Notes: generated from the letters alone by a model not told the origin. A DNA stretch of 64,000 nucleotides from an uncultured Planctomycetaceae bacterium (GCA_963815195.1 CAWFGE010000016.1:32001-96000); one strand, 5' to 3'; positions 1 through 10,931 are shown, counted from the stretch's first letter. Numbers and translations: made by a program.

Positions 1-2
1 AC

Positions 3-161
3 CTGATCGACCACACCTATTACGCCGTGATCCGCATCCGCCACGAGGAGGAACTCATCGAGATCGACAGCCGGCCCAGCGATGCGATCGCCCTCGCCGT
101 GCATTACGATCCGCCCATCCCGATTTACGTGGATGAGGAAGTCCTCGACGAAGTCGCCTGA
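3..161 (+). CDS. Bifunctional nuclease (DUF151) family protein, 3' end (partial)
   Basis: Manual translation from base 3 gives [63 protein letters not shown] is the DUF151 motif. Confidence 0.85.
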   Translation: MIDHTYYAVIRIRHEEELIEIDSRPSDAIALAVHYDPPIPIYVDEEVLDEVA

Positions 162-162
162 A

Positions 163-1809
163 CTATTCCTCGACGGTCTCGGTCCTCGGGGTTTGGTCGT
201 TGGGATTTGGCTGCCACGAGGGCTTCAGCGGCGTGGTGAGCGGGACGACCCAGTCGGCGTGGGCCAGGGAACGCTCGACTTCGAGGAGATCGACGTTGGG
301 ATCGATCAGCCTTTGCGGCGGGCGGTTGTTGAGCGAAGCCGAGACGATGGCGTAAACGCCCGCCGGTTCGTAGCCCGCTTCCCGCAATCGCCGGCCGAGA
401 AAATGCGCGTACTGCAAAAGCATGTCCGGTTTAGTCGTCATCCCGTGCCATTGCTTGGCGGTGACGGCGTCTTTTGCGGGGTCGGGAATTCGCAATCGCT
501 CGCCTTGGGAATCGACGGCGGTGAAGTCCAGAAAATCCTCGAGGATGGCCCGGCCGGTTTTCTGGTCGTAATACGGCCGGCCGGTTTCGGGGTTTCGCAT
601 CGGCCGCGAGTTTAGAAACCAGACGAACTGCGTGCCGGACTTTGTCGGCGCGATGAGCCGAAACTCCGCCGCGACTTTGGAGCGAAGCTTCATATGCCAC
701 GAAAAGCGATGGCCTTCTTCGGTCCAACTCACATTGCCGGGATAAAGCCAATGCCGAAACGGGACCAGCGTCTGAAACGCGACCCATACTCCCAATAACC
801 CCGCGACGGCTTTTTGTCGCGGGCGAAGCGAGACGCCGGCTTCCGGCGGGCTTGGCAGCGGCTTGCCGGCGGGGGATTTTTTGTCCCCTGCCGGTTTGAT
901 CTGCACCCAATCGGGCGGCATGAACAGCAGCGTCCCCGCGACCATGAACCACGGAAACACGCCGATCTGAAACATCTGATCGTTGGAAAAGTGAAAGAAC
1001 AACGCCAACAGGAACGCCGGGATCCGCGTGTGCCGCCACAAGAGGGCCGGGACCACCAAGAGATCAAACAGCATCCCGCCCCAGGAAAAAAAATAAACGA
1101 GCGCCTCGGGCGGCGTGTCGCCCCATCGCTCGGCGAGCCAGCTTCGCATCGGTTCGCCGCGGAGCCAATCGCCGTTGAGCTTGGCAATGCCGCCGTAGGT
1201 GTAGGCAATCCCCACTTGAAACCGCAGAAGCCACAACGTCCACGCGGGGGCGATGGTCCTTCGGATCTTGGGCCGCAGCCAGGCATCGACCGACCACGCG
1301 CAGCCCGCCGGCAGAAAGATCATCAGAAAGCTCACCAGGCTGATGAGATAAAAATGGTTGAGGTAAGTCGCCTGGTCCAAGAGGAAGATATAGGTAAAGC
1401 CCAGGAAGAACAGCGTCGTCGCCGCGCGGTAAAAACAGCCCGCCGCGATGAATAGCGCGAGCACCAGCAGGCCCCAGAAGTGGTAATACATCCCGTTTCC
1501 AGGCCAGGGCGAGACCCATTCGAAGCCGAAGTATTTGAAGAAGACTTCCGGCTGAAGGTAGAGCCGTTCGATCCAATCCGCCTGCCGGTACCGCGAGGTC
1601 AGATACCGCGAGGCTTCCCAGGCCATCAAGAGCCCGAACGAAATGCGAAAGAACACCAACAGTCCCGCATCGATCGGCTGGAACATGGCCCTCAGAAACC
1701 CGGGCCCCGCGGCGCGAAGTCTCGAGAGTCCGCCGGGAGCCGGCGGGGTTTGGGCATCGGTCGAAGGAGCGGACACGGAAAGACATTCCTCACGGCGGCG
1801 GGAGAACAA
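163..1809 (-). CDS. HTTM-domain / vitamin K-dependent gamma-carboxylase-like membrane protein
   Basis: Motifs FRISFG, YLNHFYL, GIAKLNGDWLRGEP, WTEEGHRFSWHMKLR and RLIDPNVDL. The true start may be slightly downstream. Confidence 0.9.
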   Translation of the reverse strand: MFSRRREECLSVSAPSTDAQTPPAPGGLSRLRAAGPGFLRAMFQPIDAGLLVFFRISFGLLMAWEASRYLTSRYRQADWIERLYLQPEVFFKYFGFEWVSPWPGNGMYYHFWGLLVLALFIAAGCFYRAATTLFFLGFTYIFLLDQATYLNHFYLISLVSFLMIFLPAGCAWSVDAWLRPKIRRTIAPAWTLWLLRFQVGIAYTYGGIAKLNGDWLRGEPMRSWLAERWGDTPPEALVYFFSWGGMLFDLLVVPALLWRHTRIPAFLLALFFHFSNDQMFQIGVFPWFMVAGTLLFMPPDWVQIKPAGDKKSPAGKPLPSPPEAGVSLRPRQKAVAGLLGVWVAFQTLVPFRHWLYPGNVSWTEEGHRFSWHMKLRSKVAAEFRLIAPTKSGTQFVWFLNSRPMRNPETGRPYYDQKTGRAILEDFLDFTAVDSQGERLRIPDPAKDAVTAKQWHGMTTKPDMLLQYAHFLGRRLREAGYEPAGVYAIVSASLNNRPPQRLIDPNVDLLEVERSLAHADWVVPLTTPLKPSWQPNPNDQTPRTETVEE

Positions 1810-1887
1810 TCGGGCCAGTCGGCTTTCCGATTGTGTCCCACGCCGATACGGGAATCAATGCCAACCTTCCACCCGAGTTCTTCCCAT

Positions 1888-3108
1888 TCACTCCGCAAAG
1901 CGCGGGACTTCGACGAGTTGGGGTTTGGGATCGAAGATCCAGGCCTTTTCCGGCAATTGGTTGCCTTTGAGGACCGGCGGGATCGTCAACTGCTCGGCCG
2001 CGAGGAAGGGGCGTTTGGTCTGGGCGTGTTCTTTGACCTTTGCCCCGAAGGCTTTGCGGTAGATGGCAATGCGGGGATCGTCCACGCGGTCGAACGAGCC
2101 CACGGTGACCACGGATCGGAAGCGGTCGTGCCAAATCCAGGCTTCAAACGCCTGCGGCTTGGCTTGCACATGGGGCAACTCGGGCGTTTTGATGTCATCA
2201 TCCAAGATCGTGACAAAATAGCCCCGGCGGAGCAGCGTGGCGACTTCCCAGGCATTGTCGGCGGCTTCGCCGAGGGAATCGCCCACCTTGAAAGATTGTT
2301 GGGCTTCGCGGAAGTTCGCCAGTCCGACCATCCCGACCTGGGCTTTGGAGGACTTTCCATAAAACGAGGCGACGACGAGGGTGTATTTGCCCGGGTTGTT
2401 GAGCAGCGACATGTCATTGCCGGAGTTGAGCTTCACGAGCAGCGGATCTCGCTTGCGGATTTCCACGTCTTCGGGGTCGAGGAGCGGATTGAGCGTGAGA
2501 AACGCTCCGGCGAGCGGACCGTGCCCCTGGCGGAGTTTGCCCGGCGTCAGCCGCAGGATCCCGCCGCTTTTCAGCTTCCGGACCGACGACCGCGAGGCCG
2601 CGCCGGCTTCCTGGAAGTTGGCGTCGGGCACGGTGAGAAACTCCGGCTCGAAGCGGTCTTCGATCCAGGCCAAGGTGTCCTTGGCAAGCTTTCCGCTCTT
2701 GGAAGATTCGTCCGTGCTTTCGTAATTTCCCGCCAGCACGCTGAAGGTCTGCTGCTTCGCCTTGATGGCCCGCGTCCGCAAGCGGCCTTGAAGGTCTGTG
2801 GTCTTGACTTCCTCGTGAACCTCGTTTTGCGCGTACGCGTAGGCGGGAATGCCCGCTTTCCGCAGTTCATACACCAACTGGTCCGCAGCGTCTTTGGGCG
2901 ACATTCCCTCGGAGCGGCGCTCCGGGGGGGGCGTCTTGAAGCTCGCCACCATGATCATCCACGGTCCGTGGCGCTTGGTGAGGAAGTATTCCTTCCCCTT
3001 GACCGCCTCGATCCGAGCCGCAAAACCGGGGGAAGACAGCACCAACAGCCCGGCCGCGAGCGCCGGCAGAATACGAAGCAGCTTTGAAATTCTCACAACA
3101 AACTCCAT
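1888..3108 (-). CDS. Conserved hypothetical exported protein (planctomycete type)
   Basis: Long ORF (1888..3210) with a signal-peptide-like segment after MEFVVR (ATG 3108). Codon usage looks native. Confidence 0.7.
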   Translation of the reverse strand: MEFVVRISKLLRILPALAAGLLVLSSPGFAARIEAVKGKEYFLTKRHGPWMIMVASFKTPPPERRSEGMSPKDAADQLVYELRKAGIPAYAYAQNEVHEEVKTTDLQGRLRTRAIKAKQQTFSVLAGNYESTDESSKSGKLAKDTLAWIEDRFEPEFLTVPDANFQEAGAASRSSVRKLKSGGILRLTPGKLRQGHGPLAGAFLTLNPLLDPEDVEIRKRDPLLVKLNSGNDMSLLNNPGKYTLVVASFYGKSSKAQVGMVGLANFREAQQSFKVGDSLGEAADNAWEVATLLRRGYFVTILDDDIKTPELPHVQAKPQAFEAWIWHDRFRSVVTVGSFDRVDDPRIAIYRKAFGAKVKEHAQTKRPFLAAEQLTIPPVLKGNQLPEKAWIFDPKPQLVEVPRFAE

Positions 3109-3188
3109 TCGGTGAGAACTGAAACGAGAAAACATCCGAGACCGGTTCCACCGGTCGACCGCGTCGGGGCGGGATGCTAGCAATTTTT

Positions 3189-3926
3189 TCAAATCGAGTC
3201 CAGAGGCCAATTTTCGCCTAAAGATTCCTGTTGAATGGCGGTCAATTTCCGGATGCCGGCCTCGGCGGCAGCGAGTTGGGCATTGAGCTGCTCGCGGTCG
3301 AACGTGCCGCGCTCCGCCGTGCCCTGGACCTCGACAAATTTTCCCTGCCCGGTGAGGACGACATTCATATCGACTTCCGCCCGCACATCTTCGGCATAGT
3401 CCAGATCGCAGAGCACTTCGCCGTCCACGATCCCCACGCTCACCGCGGCCACGCTGTCCAACAACACGGGCCGGTCCGCCGGCAGGAGTTGTTTGAGTGA
3501 CGCCAGCGCATCGGCAAGGGCGATAAACCCGCCGGTGATGCTCAGTGTGCGCGTCCCGCCGTCCGCTTCGAGCACGTCGCAGTCGATGGTCACGGTGCGG
3601 GGGCCGAGGGCTTCGAAATCGATCACCGCCCGTAGGCTGCGTCCGATGAGCCGCTGGATTTCGGTGGTGCGGCCGTCGACTTTGGTCCGGTCCCGGCGTT
3701 TGCGCGGCGAGGTGCTGCCCGGGAGCATGTTGTATTCGGCGGTCGCCCAGCCGCTGGGATTCTCGATGTGCGATTTCCAGGGGGGCACGCTGTCTTCCAC
3801 ACTGGCCGTGCAGAGGATCGTCGTCCGCCCGGCTGTCATCAACACGCTGCCCGGCGTCGCTTTCGTAAAGCCGCGCTCGATAGAAATCGGCCGCAGTTCT
3901 AAAGGTTGTCGGTTGTCGCTACGCAT
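3189..3926 (-). CDS. rph: Ribonuclease PH
   Basis: [61 protein letters not shown]. Confidence 0.97.
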   Translation of the reverse strand: MRSDNRQPLELRPISIERGFTKATPGSVLMTAGRTTILCTASVEDSVPPWKSHIENPSGWATAEYNMLPGSTSPRKRRDRTKVDGRTTEIQRLIGRSLRAVIDFEALGPRTVTIDCDVLEADGGTRTLSITGGFIALADALASLKQLLPADRPVLLDSVAAVSVGIVDGEVLCDLDYAEDVRAEVDMNVVLTGQGKFVEVQGTAERGTFDREQLNAQLAAAEAGIRKLTAIQQESLGENWPLDSI

Positions 3927-4076
3927 GAGTTGCCGGTTTCCGGTTTAATGTTCTGGCGAGCCGAGCCGCATAAGCGGCCGGGTATTTCCGACGAAAAAAC
4001 GCTCTTCTCAAAAAAAGCCAGAGACCGGAAGTGCGTCTTCGGGTCTCTGGCTTCAGGACAACACACGGAGATCGGT

Positions 4077-6614
4077 TTAGAAGTTGCCGATGACTTCGCC
4101 GCCGGCGATGGTGGACAAGGCTTCCATCGTGTTGGGATCGATGTTTTCGGAAACGAAACGCGCCGAGCCGTCGCCCATTAGCATTAAGCAACCGCCGGTG
4201 TGGAACCCGCCGAGGCCGTCGGGGCCGTTGATGTAGGGCTTTTTGGTGAGGGCCCGAATCGTGCTCTCGCCGCCCGCGGCCCAGCGGCCCAAATCCTTGC
4301 TGGCTTCGGAGACCATCACGGTGTTGGAGGTTCCATCGAGGATGTCGCGAATCCGCGTGGTGCGGTTGTAGCCGAACACGCCGGCTTTCTTGCTGGTTTT
4401 CGGCAGAGTCGGGGCATCTTTGCCGACGCCCGCGATGCCCACGTAATTCGTGGGGCCGTTCACCTTGTCCGGCTGGCTGGGCACGCTGGGGTTGATGTAA
4501 ACCGGAATCTTTATGGAGGTGAACTTCGCGTTGTCCTTCGCATCCCAGGAGTCGTCAAAGTCGATGTTCTGGAACAGCGGTTGTTGATCGAGAAACGGCA
4601 AGATCTTTGCCTGCCAGCTCAGGCGTTTCTCGGGTTTGAGTTTCTCGTTGGGCTGCGTGCCCGGTGGGAATTCCTGAAACGTGTCGTGGTAATTGTGGAG
4701 CGCGATGCCGATTTGTTTGAGGTTGTTCCTGGATGTCGACCGCCGGGCGGCTTCGCGGGCTTGTTGGACGGCGGGCAGCAACAGGGCCACGAGCACGGCC
4801 ACCGCCGGGGCGCCGCCGCTGTCCACCAAAGGCAGCGATGGCAGCGACGAACGGGAGTCGCAGCGGATGCCGTTCTCGTCGACGCTTTGCACCATCACAT
4901 TGGGGAACAAGGGCTTAGACACCAGTTCCGCCGGGGGCAGTTCCGCGACGGAAAAATTCAGCGGACCGCTCCGCCGGCCCTGCGGAGAATCCTGCCAGGC
5001 CGCCTGCATGACCGGCATCAACAGCGGCATCAAACTCATCAGCGTTTTCACGCCCTCTTGCGGATAGGTCACGGTGATCGAGGTGAACTTCTTGGGCAAC
5101 TCGGCGAGGGCTGTTTTATAGTCCTCCGTGGCTTGCCAGCGGTCCAACTTGCCGTCGAGCCGCAGGTAAAACGCTTCCACCGACTGCGGCACGATGCCCA
5201 CGACAAGCCAGCCATCGGCGACCGCGAACGAGGGGTTGAACACGCCGCCGCCGATTTCCAGCGTGACGATTTCGCGGCCTTGCTTCGTGGTTTTCTTGAC
5301 GGTCAGTTCGCGCGGCGAAGTCTGCTCCCCGGCCCGGCCGAGGAGGTTCATCAGCGTGGCCTTCAAGGTCTTTTCATCATCGACCTGCTGCGCCACGGTC
5401 ACGCCCGCGCCGAACATTCCCAACTGCCCGTCCGCATACACGCAGGACACGTCGCCCAACGGCTTGAACAAGTCGGTCTTCGGATCGAACCCGACAATCA
5501 CGGGCAGGTTTTTGAGCAAACCGTCCAACTGGGCCGCGGCATCGGGCGGCCCGAGGGCGGCGACCTTTTGAGCGACCTCGACCGTCGCTTCATACACTTT
5601 CTCCCATTCCACCGTGCAGGCGTGGAAGCCCAGCGTGTTCGCGGGCATCGGCGGGAGGTCTTTGAGGCCCAAAGGCTTCTCGCCCGCATAAGCGAGCAGG
5701 CCTTCGCGCGGCCCCGTGGTTTCCAAAAGGGTCTCGGACCACATCGCTTCCCCCTTGAAGCCCGATCGCGACACCAGCGCCCCCACGTTGTGAAGGCCCA
5801 CCGCTTTGAGGACGTCGTTCACCGTCGAACGCGGAGCGTCGCGGCCCGCGGGAGGCAGCGGCATCTGGCCGAAGGTGTCACGGAGCGAACCCAAATCCAG
5901 CCAACTCAGCGAGGTCGTGCCGGCCCGCGGTTTGTCTTCGTGATATTTCTTCCACAACGGGTTTTTGGTGATGTTGGGCGATTTGCCCGCGGCGACGGCG
6001 ACGCCGCTTTCCACGGCATCGATGCCCACCGCGATCAAAAGATGTTTGCCTTCCGTCCACCAGCCCAGTTCCACGCCGGGGGAGTTGGGCAAAATGCCAC
6101 TGGTGACTTCCCGCCCCGAAACCACGTGGGCCTGGAATTCCACGTCGCCCCGCGTGGCCTGTTTGAGGAAATGCGCCAACTGCGGTTCAAACTTCGCCGC
6201 CTGCGGGAAGACGACGACGCTGGCAACCTTCGGCGGACCTTGGGCGGCCTCGACCGAGACCGCCGCCGACACCCCGTTTTGCGCGAGGGTGTGGTAAACG
6301 TCGCGAAGCACGCTGAGATCCTGGCCTCCGCCGGCTTTTTTCGAGACGGCGTCGACCAGATTGCCGATCGCGTCCATCAGCCCGGATTCGTAGACCGCCT
6401 TGTAAGCGGCGGTTTTTTCGAACTCGGCCTCGTGCGCCGCCAGACCGTCGCAGCCGAAGTACATCACGGCATCGGCGGGAAGCAGGGTCTCGGGCGCGGG
6501 CGACTTCGCCGGGGCCGTCTCTTGCGCCTCGCCCGGCGACCAGCCCCACCAGAACACGCCCGCGCACACGGCCAACAACAGGCCCCAACCCAAATTCGTC
6601 TGCCACCGCGTCAT
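4077..6614 (-). CDS. Large DUF1559-domain protein
   Basis: LLLPAVQQAREAARRSTSRNNLKQIGIALHNYHD and C-terminal HTGGCLMLMGDGSARF. N-terminal signal peptide. Confidence 0.9.
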   Translation of the reverse strand: MTRWQTNLGWGLLLAVCAGVFWWGWSPGEAQETAPAKSPAPETLLPADAVMYFGCDGLAAHEAEFEKTAAYKAVYESGLMDAIGNLVDAVSKKAGGGQDLSVLRDVYHTLAQNGVSAAVSVEAAQGPPKVASVVVFPQAAKFEPQLAHFLKQATRGDVEFQAHVVSGREVTSGILPNSPGVELGWWTEGKHLLIAVGIDAVESGVAVAAGKSPNITKNPLWKKYHEDKPRAGTTSLSWLDLGSLRDTFGQMPLPPAGRDAPRSTVNDVLKAVGLHNVGALVSRSGFKGEAMWSETLLETTGPREGLLAYAGEKPLGLKDLPPMPANTLGFHACTVEWEKVYEATVEVAQKVAALGPPDAAAQLDGLLKNLPVIVGFDPKTDLFKPLGDVSCVYADGQLGMFGAGVTVAQQVDDEKTLKATLMNLLGRAGEQTSPRELTVKKTTKQGREIVTLEIGGGVFNPSFAVADGWLVVGIVPQSVEAFYLRLDGKLDRWQATEDYKTALAELPKKFTSITVTYPQEGVKTLMSLMPLLMPVMQAAWQDSPQGRRSGPLNFSVAELPPAELVSKPLFPNVMVQSVDENGIRCDSRSSLPSLPLVDSGGAPAVAVLVALLLPAVQQAREAARRSTSRNNLKQIGIALHNYHDTFQEFPPGTQPNEKLKPEKRLSWQAKILPFLDQQPLFQNIDFDDSWDAKDNAKFTSIKIPVYINPSVPSQPDKVNGPTNYVGIAGVGKDAPTLPKTSKKAGVFGYNRTTRIRDILDGTSNTVMVSEASKDLGRWAAGGESTIRALTKKPYINGPDGLGGFHTGGCLMLMGDGSARFVSENIDPNTMEALSTIAGGEVIGNF

Positions 6615-6827
6615 TGCCTAGCTCCTTCCTCAGAGGGGATATAAGTCTTCCGCTTCGTTGGTTCTTCCTGTTGCGTTCTTTGGGAAAAAGCGAAAGTCGA
6701 TTGTCGTGGGCGTCCGGCTCCGTTCAGTATGCCAATCCAAATCCATTTGACAAGCGGAATCGTCCCCGTGTTCCATGAAAATCCGATTTGCAGGAAATGC
6801 GGGTCGGGGCCAAGTTGCGACGTCTGC

Positions 6828-6875
6828 GCGGCATCTTGCGCCCGTCGATCGATCCCGGCGGCTGGAAGCCGCCGA
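6828..6875. repeat. REP-like palindromic element (family shared with 20254-20302)
   Basis: GCGGCATCTTGC...CGGCGGCTGGAAGCCGCC matches the reverse complement of the 20254-20302 copy. Confidence 0.5.
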
Positions 6876-7173
6876 TGCGAAAGAGGCAAAGTTGACCTCG
6901 ATCGCCTTGTCTCGGGAGACTTCCCGACTGGACTCAATTCCCCATCTTCCATATATTGTCTGGGATAGGCAGCCGGAATTCTCAAATCCGCGTTGGTCCA
7001 CCTGAACCCGCCGGGCCGGTTTTTGAAATTCTCTCCGATCGTGCCGGTTTTGGCTCGGCACAATTCGAGCGCATGACGATCTGACGATTAAACCTCCGCC
7101 GCTGTTGCCAATCGCGGCGGTCTTCGGGGTCACGGATTTCCAACACAGGGCTTCCATTTTCGAGGGAAGATTC

Positions 7174-8643
7174 ATGATGCGACGAAACACCATGATGGGC
7201 TTCGGCCTGGCGTTCAGTTTGCTCTTGGGGCGGCCGCTCTTCGCCCAAGTCACGGAAGCCAACGCGAACCCGGCTCACGAAAAAATCAAAAAGGAAGCCG
7301 AAAGTTACTACAAGCAAGGCAACTACCCGAAAACCATCGAACTCACCACGCAGGTCATCGGGCAAAACCAAAGGGACGATGTCGCCCACTATCTCCGCGG
7401 GAGCGCCGAAGTGGAAGAAGGACTCCGCCGAAACAACTCCCCAATGGTCCGGCAAGGCATCGCCGACGCCCGCAAAGCGATCGAACTCAACGGCAAAGAG
7501 CACATGGATTATTACCTCCCGTATCTCTACGGGATGGCGGTCTTGTCCCAGGTGGAAGGCCGCAAAGAGCACGCCGAGGTCGCCATCAAAGTCGCCGGCG
7601 ACGTGTTGAATCTGGCGAACATCACGGACGATCAAAAAGCGAACGTGCTCTACCAGCGGGCCCGGGCTCAGACGACGTTGGGAAAGCCCGCCGAAGCCGC
7701 AAAGGACTTTGAACAGGCCCTCAAGTTCAATTCGATGCACATGGGGGCGTTTTTGGGAGCCGCCCAGGCCCATGCCGCCGCGGGCGATTTTGCGGCGGCC
7801 GAGCGGCAATTCAACAAGGCGATCACGACCTTCCCGAATAACCCCATGGTGTATAACGACCGGGGGATGTTTCATCAGCAGCGGAAAGAATACGACAAGG
7901 CCCTCTCCGATTTCACCCGCGTGATCGAACTCGACAAAAACGCGTTCTACGCCTACACCAACCGCGGGTTCACGCTGATGGAGCAAGGCGACCCGCAGGC
8001 GGCGGTAAACGATTTCGACCGTTCGCTCGCCATCCAGCCGGGCCAGGCGCTGGTGTATAGCTTGCGGGGAACGGCCGAACTCCGGCAAGGCAAATTGAGC
8101 GCGGCCATCGCCGACTGCCGCAAAGTCGTCGAACTCGATCCCAACAATCCCACCGCCAAATCCGATCTGGGCTTCGCCCTGTTCTTCGCCCAGGACTACG
8201 CCGGGGCCGCCAAGCAATTCGAAGCCGCGACCAAGGCTAATAATAAAGACCTCAAGCACGTTTATTCCTGGGAACTCATGTCCCTCCAGCAGGCGAAAAG
8301 TTCCGTGAACATTCAGCAGAAATTCGCCCCGCTGCTCCCCAGCGATCCCCAAAAATGGGACTGGCCCGACCAGGTCCTGGCTTACCAACTCGGCCGGATG
8401 ACCGACGACCAACTCCTGGCGAGAACGAATAGCGAAAACCAAGAAGACGGGCAGGCCCAGCTTTGCGAAGCCCATTTCTTCATCGGCGAACGCATGCTGA
8501 CCTCCGGCGACACGCAGCAAGCCATCGCCCATTTCCGCAAGGCTTTGGAAACCGGGGTCAAGCATCTCTCGGCATACCGCGGCTCGGAAATGGCCCTCAA
8601 ACACCTCAACGTCGCCACCACGTCGCAAAACGTCCCGCGGTGA
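7174..8643 (+). CDS. Tetratricopeptide repeat protein (exported)
   Basis: Signal peptide followed by multiple TPR units (YNDRGMFH, AYTNRGFTL, VYSLRGTAEL). Confidence 0.9.
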   Translation: MMRRNTMMGFGLAFSLLLGRPLFAQVTEANANPAHEKIKKEAESYYKQGNYPKTIELTTQVIGQNQRDDVAHYLRGSAEVEEGLRRNNSPMVRQGIADARKAIELNGKEHMDYYLPYLYGMAVLSQVEGRKEHAEVAIKVAGDVLNLANITDDQKANVLYQRARAQTTLGKPAEAAKDFEQALKFNSMHMGAFLGAAQAHAAAGDFAAAERQFNKAITTFPNNPMVYNDRGMFHQQRKEYDKALSDFTRVIELDKNAFYAYTNRGFTLMEQGDPQAAVNDFDRSLAIQPGQALVYSLRGTAELRQGKLSAAIADCRKVVELDPNNPTAKSDLGFALFFAQDYAGAAKQFEAATKANNKDLKHVYSWELMSLQQAKSSVNIQQKFAPLLPSDPQKWDWPDQVLAYQLGRMTDDQLLARTNSENQEDGQAQLCEAHFFIGERMLTSGDTQQAIAHFRKALETGVKHLSAYRGSEMALKHLNVATTSQNVPR

Positions 8644-8670
8644 TCGCGATCCCGCGGTAAGGGGATTTCT

Positions 8671-8707
8671 CCCCTCTCCCCTCGGGGGAGAGGGTTAGGG
8701 TGAGGGG
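8671..8707. repeat. REP-like hairpin repeat between convergent genes
   Basis: CCCCTCTCCCCTCGGGGGAGAGGGTTAGGGTGAGGGG: a CCCTCTCCC/GGGAGAGGG stem plus a TTAGGGTGAGGG tail. Confidence 0.65.
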
Positions 8708-8754
8708 GCGAATGTGGAAATCGCTGCCAACTCTCATTCGTCCTCATCCGGCGT

Positions 8755-9726
8755 TCACGCAGCGCGGGCCGCCTTCTGTTTCCTTTGCCGGGGCTGGCTT
8801 TTCCAGCGGCGGTGCACCCAGAAATACTGCTCCGGGGCCCGCTTGACCGCCCGCTCCAATGCGGCCGTGTAATCCGCCGTGATCTCGCGGATCGCATCCG
8901 GCCCCTGGTAGTCCAAGGAATCGATCACCGCTTCGCAGCCCTGCTCAAACCGCACCCAAGGGTGGTTCGTAAAATCATCAGGCAGCCGAATGGCATAGCC
9001 CACGACAATCACCGCCCGATACTGAACCGCCAATAGAGCGATCGATTTGAACGTCGAAGCCGGCTGCCCGAAGAAGGGCACGAACAGCCCCTTTTTGCCG
9101 GCGTCTTGATCGGCCAGGAGCGCAAGGTTCCCGGAGCGCTCCAGAAACTCGACCATGTCCCCGCCGCCGCCTTTTTTCGATAAGAGCCGATGCCCCGTGT
9201 GCTCGCGGAACTCTTGAAACCACTGGTGCAGATACGGATTGTCCAGATCGCGGGCCACGACGCCCATCGGGAACCCGAACACCCCGAACGTGGAGACCGC
9301 CATCTCCCAGTTGCCGAAGTGCCCACTGAGCACAATCACAGGCCGCCCGCAAGAGAGAGCCTTCACGCTGTCGTCCCGGTTGCGGAACTCGACGACGTCG
9401 GCACAATTATACAGCCGAAGTTTGCGGGGCAGTTGCACGATCTCGATCACCAGGCGGAAGAGATGAATCCACATCCGGCGGATGATGTCGTCGATCTGGG
9501 CCTCGGAGTAGCGGGAGCCGAACGCCGACTTCAGGTTCTGCCGGGCGACTTCGTAGCGGGACCATTTTTTGGGGAGCAGCCGAAACACCGCGAACGCCAA
9601 CCCCTCGGCCAACCGCACCGAAACCCGCGTGGGCAGCGCATCCACGAGGCAGACCACAAAGCGGAACAGCACATATTCCGCGAGATACCGCCATTTGCGG
9701 GCACTGCGTTTTTCCTCAATCGCCAT
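8755..9726 (-). CDS. Lipid A biosynthesis acyltransferase (LpxL/HtrB family)
   Basis: SGHFGNWEM, LLADQDAG, VPFFGQPA, PEQYFWVHRRWK. Confidence 0.92.
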   Translation of the reverse strand: MAIEEKRSARKWRYLAEYVLFRFVVCLVDALPTRVSVRLAEGLAFAVFRLLPKKWSRYEVARQNLKSAFGSRYSEAQIDDIIRRMWIHLFRLVIEIVQLPRKLRLYNCADVVEFRNRDDSVKALSCGRPVIVLSGHFGNWEMAVSTFGVFGFPMGVVARDLDNPYLHQWFQEFREHTGHRLLSKKGGGGDMVEFLERSGNLALLADQDAGKKGLFVPFFGQPASTFKSIALLAVQYRAVIVVGYAIRLPDDFTNHPWVRFEQGCEAVIDSLDYQGPDAIREITADYTAALERAVKRAPEQYFWVHRRWKSQPRQRKQKAARAA

Positions 9727-10092
9727 CCTTTGCTCCCTGCGAGGTTTACGGCGAAAGTGTCGCGATTCCGTGAAATTCCGTCAACCCGCGTTTTTGGCGG
9801 GAGAAAGGGTCATGAGGTGAGGAAAAACGTGTGGGTGCCGAAGATGTCGCAAGGTGGCCTTTCGATGCCATCCGAACGGCAGCCCAAGCGCCGGCGATCT
9901 GGTCGGGCAGCTTGGGGTCTTGTTCGGCGGTGGGTCCGTCATCCATCGGAAAATTCTTGTGTGGGCATAAGAGTTCGGATAGGATGAGCAAATTGAGCCC
10001 GAGCGATTTGGGGATTGGACGTCGTGGAGACGACGGGAAAGGATCCTTGAGTTGAGTGATCTTGAGCAAAGACGCCGATCACTCAATTCCGC

Positions 10093-10705
10093 GTTATCCG
10101 TCAAAGCCCCCCCAATCATGGCCGCATTCAACTGGAATCAATTCCTGACCGACTACTCGCAGGAACTGGCGAGCAAAGACCAGTATCTTGACTGGGCGGA
10201 AGTGCCGCAGGCCGCTCGCGACGCAAAATGGTTTGGTTTCCCGCCCGCAACCGACGAGGCGATCGCCAAATCCGAACGATTGCTCGGCATTCAAATGCCT
10301 GAGGACATGCGAGATTTCTACCGTGTCACAAACGGTTGGATGTTATGCGGCCATACGATTTACGACATCAGACCGATCGAACAACTGTGTTGGCTTTCCG
10401 ATGGCGAGCCTGAGCTTTGGTCAGTGTGCGAAGTCGATGACGACCCCCCAGAAGATGATGACGAACGGGAATGGTGGTACGATCAGGGCGTCAAGGTGCG
10501 TCGCTCGCTGATGCTCAACACAAGAGGTGATGATTCAACACTTCTGTTCGATCCTGACGCCGACCCATCTTCGAATGAACTTCGATTTGGTACTTGGGCT
10601 GCTTGGAACCCGGCGATGGAATGGACGGCAACCAGCCTCGAAGAATTCTTTTTACAGTCACGGGAAATGCTGGCACAGATGGACGGATAACAATCGCATG
10701 CACCG
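10093..10705 (+). mobile_element. Solitary integron gene-cassette-like unit (SMI1/KNR4 gene plus partial attC)
   Basis: GTTATCCGTC (10093-10102) is the exact reverse complement of GACGGATAAC (10682-10691), which overlaps the stop codon. It is followed by the attC-like AATCGCATGCACCGGAGC. Confidence 0.6.
10118..10690 (+). CDS. SMI1/KNR4 family (immunity-like) protein
   Basis: PPATDEAIAKSERLLGIQMPEDMRDFYRVTNG motif. Visibly lower GC than the neighbouring genes. Confidence 0.85.
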   Translation: MAAFNWNQFLTDYSQELASKDQYLDWAEVPQAARDAKWFGFPPATDEAIAKSERLLGIQMPEDMRDFYRVTNGWMLCGHTIYDIRPIEQLCWLSDGEPELWSVCEVDDDPPEDDDEREWWYDQGVKVRRSLMLNTRGDDSTLLFDPDADPSSNELRFGTWAAWNPAMEWTATSLEEFFLQSREMLAQMDG

Positions 10706-10931
10706 GAGCGCCGCCGTGGAAGAACTGCCGTGACCGCGTGGCGGCCAATTTGTTCGATGGCCAATTTTGGAGCAAAACGTCTCAAATTCCGTGTAACCTT
10801 CCTTGCCCTCCAGGTCAATTTCCTTTTGCGGGCGCTGTTCGGGGCGGTTTGACTTTACACAGATAGGCGCCTCTTGATACGTTGCAGGAAAGAAAAGTCA
10901 CCTTGCCTAGCGTTCAAAAGGAGAACGAGGG

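Noticed and set aside
4200..6644. Long antisense ORFs (also 1480..3087, 6982..8628, 10944..13751, 17545..20223, 27409..28806)
   Set aside because: Shadow frames of real GC-rich genes on the opposite strand, with no recognisable motifs.
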